Shown here: positions 57,116 through 64,000 of the stretch, one piece after another
Numbering within the stretch: position 1 is the stretch's first letter
Layout: each line of letters begins with the position of its first letter
Source of the DNA: Thermofilaceae archaeon
GTDB lineage: Archaea > Thermoproteota > Thermoprotei > Thermofilales > Thermofilaceae
Length of the DNA stretch: 64,000 nt
Assembly: GCA_038861545.1 (NCBI GenBank)
Contig: JAWCCZ010000002.1
Coordinates: 206,434 to 270,433 of the forward strand
Reading direction: 5' to 3'
The notes under the pieces: generated by a model
What the model was told of the DNA's origin: nothing
Seen by the model: only the letters and a program-made list of their open reading frames with translations
Database searches by the model: none
Made by a program: the position numbers and the translations under genes

Positions 57116-58738
57116 TCAGCTGGCACGCCTTCGCCTCTTCAGTTTCCCCAGCATAAATGGAATCAACGCGAAGGATAGCAGCACTGCCGTGATAATGATA
57201 ATCGATGCTAAATCCACTCTCCAAACGGCCCTCAACTCTACGTGCTCCTCAATAGTTAGAACCAAGCAAGGATCCTTAGATAGGATCCCGCCGTTATGCT
57301 CCCAGTGGTCGAAAACCATTATCGCGTGCCTCGTCGGCCACACTGTAATCAGAACTGTAAACCCCTTCGGGTACCAGCCTGAACCCCTTACTTCGCCGTA
57401 AGGCGAGCTAGCATCTACTCGAACCACCCTGTAAGGTAACGCAGAGGGATGCATATCCGCGTTCCCTTCCCCTAGCGTGTACGGATCACTCCATGCATCC
57501 CCCTCGCGGCTAGCATCGCTGTACCTGACGGTATAATCATCCCAGAAATTCCCACGTCTACCGTCATCCCATAAGTTAAAACCGCAACCCTCGACAAGCG
57601 CGTGAGCACTGTTTTCTATAAAATCATTGTAGAGAAACTCGTTACTGGTTGAATAAACATTAAGGTAAAGCCCTCTCTCGTTACGCCAGAAAATGCAGCC
57701 TTCTATACGATTACCGCTCGAGTTGACCAAGCGTATGCCAGCTATAGTGCTGTCACCTACCAAGCAATCTCGCACTACGTTGCCGTTACTCCTTTCCGCG
57801 TACACACCGTGCGCATTGCCAGTGAATTGGCTGTTTGCCACGAGGTTGTTTCTAGACTCGACTAGGCGCAATCCAACTTCGTTCCCCTTGAAACTCCCAG
57901 CATCAATAACGCAGCTTGAAGTTCGCCATAAGTCAACCCCAATTACGCAGCTTGTGACGTTTAAGCCTATAATTTTGCTTTGTTCACACTCAGATACAAG
58001 GACGCCTACAGTCGCCGCCGATACTTCCGCAGAAACCGTAATGTTCCTACACTGGACAAGGACCACCTGTCCAACTTCGCCGCTTACATTACCCCCCTGA
58101 GCCCCTTCCAGGTAGACCAGTGGCTTGCCATTCACAACATTGCCTTCAACTACGTTACCGAATGAACTGCGAACGTAGAGGCCACATTCCTTGAAAAAGT
58201 TGTTAAGTAACCTACATCGAAACGATTCCTCTACAAAAACTCCCACCATACAGTTTTGGAATATACTTGCTTCCACTAGGATATCTGAAGAATTGATTAT
58301 GCCTACTCCCACCCGGCTCAACGTCGCCGATACATTCACTAAAGATATGCCGACAGATTTGTTAATCGATAACCCATAGCGGAAGCCATCCACCCTTAAA
58401 TCCTTAACTACAACGCTAGTTACGCCTTTCAAGTGTATTCCAGTACCGGTGCCGTTACCCTTTAGCAGGTGCCCATTACCGTTTAAAACCACACCGCTTT
58501 TCTCTACGATTACACCGTCCCCTGCAACATTAAGGTCAGCAAGTAGAGTGTAAACGTTACCCTCCCTTGCTATCGGCGCGCCTAGCGGTTCAACGCTCCC
58601 ATCAGGCTTAATCCGTATAGCCCAACTCTGAACTTTCTGAAGCTCTGTAACCGGTAGCAAAACCGAGGCTAGTAAAACCGCTATGGTAAGCCTAGTGCAT
58701 AACATTGGAAGAACGCTTAAATTCCCCTGAACAGGCAT
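57116..58738 (-). CDS. Cell-surface parallel beta-helix (NosD/CASH) protein with C-terminal TM anchor
   Basis: IRIKPDGSVEP, repeated G-I/L-x-L/V-x-x-S-x-x-N coils, NxVNGKPLVY, GNFWDDY, TM plus KLKRRRR. Confidence 0.82.
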   Translation of the reverse strand: MPVQGNLSVLPMLCTRLTIAVLLASVLLPVTELQKVQSWAIRIKPDGSVEPLGAPIAREGNVYTLLADLNVAGDGVIVEKSGVVLNGNGHLLKGNGTGTGIHLKGVTSVVVKDLRVDGFRYGLSINKSVGISLVNVSATLSRVGVGIINSSDILVEASIFQNCMVGVFVEESFRCRLLNNFFKECGLYVRSSFGNVVEGNVVNGKPLVYLEGAQGGNVSGEVGQVVLVQCRNITVSAEVSAATVGVLVSECEQSKIIGLNVTSCVIGVDLWRTSSCVIDAGSFKGNEVGLRLVESRNNLVANSQFTGNAHGVYAERSNGNVVRDCLVGDSTIAGIRLVNSSGNRIEGCIFWRNERGLYLNVYSTSNEFLYNDFIENSAHALVEGCGFNLWDDGRRGNFWDDYTVRYSDASREGDAWSDPYTLGEGNADMHPSALPYRVVRVDASSPYGEVRGSGWYPKGFTVLITVWPTRHAIMVFDHWEHNGGILSKDPCLVLTIEEHVELRAVWRVDLASIIIITAVLLSFALIPFMLGKLKRRRRAS

Positions 58739-58964
58739 AAGCTCTCCCAGGTATGCGTAACTACTGCCGCTACTTGTGACTTGCTTAGCATGCTTCCCTG
58801 AAATAAGTTTATTACTACTAAAATCTTAAGCATTTCCGGAAATCAAATTAGCGATTTCGCCCATCCGAAGGTTTCCATCATCTCCTATAACAGCAAGTCT
58901 AGACAGCTCTTGAAGAGGATTTTATCCAAGAAGAGATAATACGGGATGTTTTAAGACTATTGCG

Positions 58965-59351
58965 GTGGCTAAAACGTCGGAAGAAGAAAGGTTTTTAGAA
59001 ATTTTAGCAGGCTTGGGCTACGAGATTGAGAAAAGGCTTACAGAGCCGGGAATCGCCATTCTAGTGGGTGTTTTACTATGGGCTTTTTGGCCTACCCCGA
59101 TTGACACGCTAGCTGCCACATGTTTTCTAGCTTTGCTATACTACCGAAAGACCAGGGGCAAGGAACCCCCCGAATTAAAGGATAACTCCTGGTTAACGGC
59201 TATCGGTTTAGTGCTTATAGCTTGGGGGTTATACGCCTCACTTGGAACATTTGTAAATGTTCCCTGGCAAGCAAGCCTGGTACTTGTCGGAGCCCTCTTA
59301 ATTGCACTCGGATATACCGGTGGAAAAAATGGTAAAGGAGGAAGCGGTTAA
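58965..59351 (+). CDS. Small membrane protein (about 4 TM)
   Basis: Hydrophobic 128-aa ORF, first gene of an overlapping run. Confidence 0.7.
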   Translation: MAKTSEEERFLEILAGLGYEIEKRLTEPGIAILVGVLLWAFWPTPIDTLAATCFLALLYYRKTRGKEPPELKDNSWLTAIGLVLIAWGLYASLGTFVNVPWQASLVLVGALLIALGYTGGKNGKGGSG

Positions 59352-59523
59352 CGTTATTGGTCGAGGCTACACTCTGCTAGTTATCGGTGTCCTGTGGTAC
59401 TTGATCATAGAAGGAGCTTTAGACTTTGGCAAAGCGTTTGCAGCCCTTCTAGTAGCCATTGGATTCTTCCTCGTGCTCAGGGGGCTTGTGGTGAGCAGGT
59501 ATGGTGAGAAAAGAGCTGGTTGA
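59329..59523 (+). CDS. Small 2-TM membrane protein
   Basis: Two hydrophobic helices; overlaps both neighbours. Start taken at ATG 59329. Confidence 0.6.
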   Translation: MVKEEAVNVIGRGYTLLVIGVLWYLIIEGALDFGKAFAALLVAIGFFLVLRGLVVSRYGEKRAG

Positions 59524-60577
59524 AGCTGGAGCCGCGCTGATCGCTATAGGGTTAGTTTTGCTCCTGGCTCCAGAGCTTCTGGCCCAGCGAGAGCTGTACC
59601 CAATGACCGTGGCCTGCATCGGTATCTCCATCATCGCACTAGGAATTTTAATGTTTGCAGTTTCTGAGAAAGGGCTTTTCGTCCTCAAAGTCCTATCCTC
59701 GGCTCTATACATAACCGGCACCGTAGTGATCCTACTGGGGGTCTTAGGAGTACCTATACTCTTCTTTACCGGGTTAATGAAAGGGCCTTACACTTTCAGC
59801 TACAGGGATGCGGGGCCTGTAGAGGGTAACAAGGTACATTTAGAGATTCAGAACCCGATAGGGAATATAGTCGTAGGAAGCTGGAAACAGAGCGAGTACT
59901 TGGTTGAGGTAACCTTAAATGTGCAAGCACTTTCGCAAAAAGCTGCTGAGCAGGCAGCCGAGAGCTTTAAGCCTATTGTAACTATTGAACATATAGGGAA
60001 TAAAACTATGATTAAAGTTCAGCCAAGTCAATTTAAGCCCCCCGTCTTTATGACTTACGATGTGCGAGTTACTTTACCTCAAGAGGTTTCAGCTGAGCTT
60101 TCTTTGCAAACTAGCGTGGGTTCAGTTAAACTTAGAGATATATTCGTCTCGGAGGCTAATATTGAAGCTACTACTGGGCAAGTAATTATTAGTAATGTAA
60201 AGGCGAACTCGCTTAACGCTAAGACTACAACCGGCACAATTGAGGCAGTTGTAGATACTAAAATAGCTCGAATTTCAACAACGACAGGAAAGATAGAATT
60301 AAGCGTAACCGGTACGTTTACTGGCGAGTACATTCTAATGGCTACTACTGGAAAAATTTCTATAAGTGTACCCGAGAAAACAGGTATTGGCGTACAGCTG
60401 GAAGCTATTAGCACGCTGGGCGATATCGAGTACCCTAAAAGCTGGATTACGTCGGTTGAAAGCGTTTTTGGCCCGAAGTCCGTAACTGCGAAAAACCCTG
60501 ACTTCGACAGCGCGAAGGTGAAGATCATTTTTAAAGCTGAGGTGACTACAGGGAAAATCGAGGTAACCCAGGGATAA
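59501..60577 (+). CDS. DUF4097 (Toastrack/adhesin-like beta-repeat) protein with 3 N-terminal TM helices
   Basis: Repeated T/S-x-x-G-x-I units: TSVGSV, ATTGQV, TTTGTI, TTTGKI, ATTGKI, STLGDI and VTTGKI. Confidence 0.82.
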   Translation: MVRKELVEAGAALIAIGLVLLLAPELLAQRELYPMTVACIGISIIALGILMFAVSEKGLFVLKVLSSALYITGTVVILLGVLGVPILFFTGLMKGPYTFSYRDAGPVEGNKVHLEIQNPIGNIVVGSWKQSEYLVEVTLNVQALSQKAAEQAAESFKPIVTIEHIGNKTMIKVQPSQFKPPVFMTYDVRVTLPQEVSAELSLQTSVGSVKLRDIFVSEANIEATTGQVIISNVKANSLNAKTTTGTIEAVVDTKIARISTTTGKIELSVTGTFTGEYILMATTGKISISVPEKTGIGVQLEAISTLGDIEYPKSWITSVESVFGPKSVTAKNPDFDSAKVKIIFKAEVTTGKIEVTQG

Positions 60578-60580
60578 AGC

Positions 60581-61351
60581 TTGAGCGTAGACGAGGTATT
60601 TGAAGGCCTTGTACACGAGATAAGGAGGAAGATTATAAAGTCCTTAGGTGAAAGCAAGGTTCTTACCTACAAGGAGTTACTGGAAATTGCTGGCGTAGAA
60701 ACAGGGGTATTAAACTACCATCTTGGGAAGCTGAAAGGGCTTGTTGAAAAGACTGAAGATGGAAAGTATACACTTACAAGAAACGGGCTCGTAGCTTACA
60801 AAGTCCTCCGATATTTTGAAACTGGCGTAGACGATGTGCAACCAACAGGTATCAATACTTTTTCTGTTTTAAAGGATGTTTTTATCTGTCCTCAGCGTGT
60901 TTTCGCCGAGCCCGATGTATATGGAGTGTATGCAGCTATCCCTGCCATCATACTTTTCCTCGTGGAATACATAGTGACCAGTAACTTTTACGCAGCTGCC
61001 ACCGTTACTCTCGCACCGGCAATAATTACGTCAGCTATAGCCTTAGTGGTTTATGGAGCAGCTCCAAGTAACTTAAGGAATTTCATAAAAGGGTACCCGG
61101 CTACGCTATCCCCTCTTTGCCTAGTACCAGTGATGGAATTTATATTAAAGCAGGTTTCCGCCCCTCCCCAATCTGTATCTCTGACGTCTGGGGCTCTAGT
61201 TGCGGTTTATATTGCTTACAACACACTCTTTATCCAGAAGAATTGGAAGCTAGATTACGCTAAAAGCTTCATCGTCTCAATAACAAATACCTTTATCCTA
61301 GCTTACTTCCTTCGCTTAACGGGCTTAGCTTATTACCTGATTCCTATTTAG
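60581..61351 (+). CDS. ArsR-like winged-HTH fused to a Yip1-like membrane domain
   Basis: LVHEIRRKII...TGVLNYHLGKL...YTLTRNG, then ICPQRVF and about 5 TM helices. Confidence 0.78.
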   Translation: MSVDEVFEGLVHEIRRKIIKSLGESKVLTYKELLEIAGVETGVLNYHLGKLKGLVEKTEDGKYTLTRNGLVAYKVLRYFETGVDDVQPTGINTFSVLKDVFICPQRVFAEPDVYGVYAAIPAIILFLVEYIVTSNFYAAATVTLAPAIITSAIALVVYGAAPSNLRNFIKGYPATLSPLCLVPVMEFILKQVSAPPQSVSLTSGALVAVYIAYNTLFIQKNWKLDYAKSFIVSITNTFILAYFLRLTGLAYYLIPI

Positions 61352-61364
61352 GATCAACCTTAAG

Positions 61365-61388
61365 CCCTTTTGCAAAAAAAGCAAAGGG
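61365..61388 (+). terminator. Possible hairpin after the membrane operon
   Basis: CCCTTTTGC-AAAAAAA-GCAAAGGG stem-loop 13 bp after the stop codon. Confidence 0.3.
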
Positions 61389-61695
61389 ATAGCTCCCTCA
61401 CTTTTCAAGTGGTAGCCTAGCTACATATTTCAAGTTCATTTCAGCCTCTAGTGACTTCCAAGCTTGTCCCCCAGTAACTGGTGAACTTAGCGTAGGCGCG
61501 GGGAAAGCGGAGCGCTTGCGCTTCAGCCGCGGTGAGAGTCAGCTATGCTCTGCAGAAACTGCCGTCCGGAGGCCGCGAGCTGAAGGGTGAAACCGATCAT
61601 GGAATAGTTGTCGGCAGCGCGAGGGGGTGCGCAGGCGAGTCAGAGAAAGGTTAAGCAGTGATGTCGTGAAAGTCCTCGAGGTCGCAAACCACCAG

Positions 61696-62010
61696 GCTTA
61701 TTTGGATCGCCCGAGGGCTTTTCCGGGTGAGGATGTGTACGTGAGGGAGGTCGTAAAGCTGCAATGACATTGCGCCTCCGTGGCCGAGCATGCCGTCCAG
61801 CTGCTCTTGAAGGCTGTTACTCGCGCTGGCGGGCGAGGTACGCCGCACCAATGCCGTCGGGCGGCTGCCATCCACGCTCAGGAACCTAACGAGTGATTCT
61901 TGCTTCGACGATTTTGTCTGGGAGGAGAGAGCTCGTTCACAAGGCCTAAGGATGCTCATATAGACTCGCGCTACCTACCTGGGGCGTACAGGGAGCTGAG
62001 GGGCTCGAGG
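61696..62010 (+). pseudogene. Frameshifted HEPN-domain gene
   Basis: Fragments across frames: AYLDRPRAF / AEHAVQLLLKAV (61783) / LALAGEVRRTNAVGRL...FDDFVWEERAR / DAHIDSRYLPGAY. Confidence 0.7.
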
Positions 62011-62496
62011 CGAGGGCTAGTGGTTTGGCCGAAAAGCTGGCCTGTATCAGCGAGGGGGTAACCCGTCTATGCGCGGCAACAGAGAGGGAGGGTGATGGAT
62101 CTCTTCGCCTCCAGCCCGATTTTCAGCCCTAAGTTAGGAAGGGTACCCCTAAGCCTCTGGCTGCAGACGTCCGGCTCAGCCTAGCGGCTTAAGAGGCTGT
62201 GAACGCTTGGGAGAAGCTTTACCCGCCGGGGGGTCGGCGAGCAGGCTGCAGATGAGTGAAGTAGTTTTACTCACCGAGGTGTTCAAGGTAGTCCCATTTG
62301 CGAACTATGTAGCCCCATGCTTGCTGGTCGACCCTCCGTAGTCTTACCAGCCGGGGTACTTCGTGTCCACGAACTTCGGGATCGAGTAGCGAAGCTGTTT
62401 TCAACCCCTCCGCTCTCTGTAGAATGTTCAGTTTGTCGGTGGATCCTGTTAAAAGAGCGGATAAACCATAAATACGACAAAGGTTTCCTTTAATCG

Positions 62497-63627
62497 ATGG
62501 CCCAATCTTCTCAGCACTTGATCAGGGCTCCGTCCACCTATCAGCTGGCTGATCTGGTTTTCATTGAGGCTGTAACGCACGTTCACGCTGGTGTGGGGCG
62601 CGCCGGCGGCGTCGTCGATCTCCCCGTGCAGAGGGACGAGTACGGTTACCCTTGTATTTACGCTAGCAGCTTGAAGGGTGCTCTAAAGACTGCGCTGCTC
62701 TGGGCTCTCGTGAAGGAGAAGAACGATTTGACGTTCGCGAGGAGGGCCGTCGAGGCTCTGCTGGGGCCGGAGCCTGAGCCCGAGGAGAGCTTCGAGTCCA
62801 GCGTCGCAGTGCTCGATGCGCGGCTCGTAGCGATGCCCGTGCGCAGCCTCAGGGGCGTGTACGCCTACGTGACCTCACCGGTGCTCCTCAGGAGCTTCCT
62901 CGAGTACTCTCGCCTCTACGGCGCGGTAGTAGGTGACGTTGAGCCGCTCCTGAAAGAAGCGGAGAAGGTGAATAGAGGTTCCTGCCTCTGCGTGGGGAAC
63001 AAGGATCAGCTAGTCGTGAGCGAGCTGGAAAGCAAGAGCGAGCTGCACAACAAGATTATCCTGCTGGAGGAGTTGTGGCTCAATCCTGAGCCGGCTCAAA
63101 GCGGCGGCGAGCTCAGCAAGGCCCTAGGCCTGGACAAGCCCCTGCTGGTGCTCCACGACGATGAAGCCAGGCACGCGATCGACCGGGGGCTTCTGAGGCT
63201 CACGAGGGTCAGATTGAGGAGGGATACGAAGACTGTGGAGGAGAGGGGCCTCTGGAGCGAGGAGTACGTTCCGGCTAAAACGAGGTTCGCCACGGTGTTC
63301 CTCTTCAAGAAACCGCCCCTCACTGAGAAGTTCGTGACGAGCCTTCTGGGTAGGCAGGGTGAGGGCGAACAGGGCCAGCAGCGAGTCGATGATGCGGCAT
63401 ACCTCGAAGCCCTCGTGAAGCTCGGCCTGCTGAACGACTCGACCAGAAAGGGGGTAGAGGAAGCTCTGCAGAGGAACGATCTAGCGGGTGCTGCCGCGCA
63501 TCTCGCCAGCAGCGTGAGAGACCGGGTGAAGGAGCTTCTTGCCAACCATCTGAAGGGATACGTTGTGCTCGGCGGTCACGAGACGATCGGTAAGGGTATC
63601 GTAAGGCTTCAGGTGGTTAGCGCATGA
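62497..63627 (+). CDS. cmr4: Type III-B CRISPR RAMP Cmr4 (Cas7 group)
   Basis: HVHAGVG...VVDLPVQRD (catalytic Asp), SSLKGAL, PVRS, LWSEEYVP and LGGHETIGKG. Confidence 0.95.
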   Translation: MAQSSQHLIRAPSTYQLADLVFIEAVTHVHAGVGRAGGVVDLPVQRDEYGYPCIYASSLKGALKTALLWALVKEKNDLTFARRAVEALLGPEPEPEESFESSVAVLDARLVAMPVRSLRGVYAYVTSPVLLRSFLEYSRLYGAVVGDVEPLLKEAEKVNRGSCLCVGNKDQLVVSELESKSELHNKIILLEELWLNPEPAQSGGELSKALGLDKPLLVLHDDEARHAIDRGLLRLTRVRLRRDTKTVEERGLWSEEYVPAKTRFATVFLFKKPPLTEKFVTSLLGRQGEGEQGQQRVDDAAYLEALVKLGLLNDSTRKGVEEALQRNDLAGAAAHLASSVRDRVKELLANHLKGYVVLGGHETIGKGIVRLQVVSA

Positions 63628-64000
63628 GCGCTGAAGAGCTTAGGGATCCGGTGAGAGCTGCACTAGACATTTTTATGACAATAAGGGGTGAGCTCGAGCG
63701 AAGAGCTAAAAGTGAAAAGGAAAAAACTGATTTTGGTCGCGATCTGCGTGCACGTGCGAGAGACGCCCCCGAGCTGATAGAGGAAGTAGGCTTAGTGCCG
63801 GCTCTGAGCTTCTTTTACAGCAAGAGTGATAAAATCGGTTACGAATTGATGCTTAAAGCAATCCTGCTTTACCTGCAAAGAATTCAAATCGTACCTTCAA
63901 ATATCAATCTCGATGCTATATTAGCGGGGGAAAGGAATACGGATGCCATGATCGACCTGCTAAGGGATCTTCTCAAGTGGAGCACCGTCGTCGTGCCGAT
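63624..64000 (+). CDS. cmr5: Type III-B small subunit Cmr5 (Cas11), partial
   Basis: ATGA overlap with the cmr4 stop. Hand translation MSAEELRDP...LRARARDAPELIEEVGLVPALSFFYSK, open to the window end. Confidence 0.85.
   Translation, partial: MSAEELRDPVRAALDIFMTIRGELERRAKSEKEKTDFGRDLRARARDAPELIEEVGLVPALSFFYSKSDKIGYELMLKAILLYLQRIQIVPSNINLDAILAGERNTDAMIDLLRDLLKWSTVVVP

Noticed and set aside
61400-61700. GC-rich stretch considered as RNase P/SRP RNA or an MNT antitoxin remnant (GIVVGSARG)
   Set aside because: I found no RNase P or SRP conserved motifs, and the MNT similarity is too short to support.
61651-62480. ORF-track ORFs 61651-61959 (-) and 62283-62480 (-)
   Set aside because: Neither shows family features, and the first is antisense to the HEPN pseudogene.
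1-64000. CRISPR array, tRNA/rRNA genes, transposases or integrases
   Set aside because: I saw no regularly spaced repeats, cloverleaf signatures or recombinase motifs by eye; small or intron-split RNAs could have been missed.

Overview
A gene-dense archaeal chromosomal segment. It most likely comes from a heterotrophic Thermoproteota (Thermofilaceae-like) organism; this is inferred from GAPN, Taw1, NucS, AlaX, DUF1122, TATA-box promoters with leaderless starts and a cmr4-cmr5 gene order. The window holds housekeeping genes (P-type ATPase, NAD(P)HX repair enzyme, NucS, cysteine synthase family, GAPN, Taw1, AlaX). It also holds a dispersed sugar-catabolism set (GH5, GH31, a DUF4038/GH140-like hydrolase, xylose-isomerase-family and fucose-isomerase-family enzymes, a class II aldolase, a Gfo/Idh/MocA dehydrogenase and two UroD-fold proteins), several transporters (3 MFS, a flippase, a QueT plus ECF operon), an intact vapBC pair, a solo Cas4, and the start of a type III-B CRISPR cmr operon at the right edge. 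The best candidate for an undescribed system is an 8.6 kb minus-strand operon at 8288-16885. In it, two divergent OPT-superfamily/DUF6785-like membrane proteins flank a 1526-aa fusion of a metal-ligand-less M28 pseudopeptidase (with PA domain) and a MacB/FtsX-type permease. No ATPase gene is attached, and an extremely AT-rich control region lies upstream. Reading the apparent intergenic gaps by hand also revealed decayed toxin genes missing from the ORF track (a HEPN pseudogene before cmr4, a PIN pseudogene after cas4, and a probable second HEPN remnant) and one solitary CRISPR-repeat-like 22-mer. I recognised no tRNA, rRNA or CRISPR array. All family calls come from motif recognition by eye, not from database searches.
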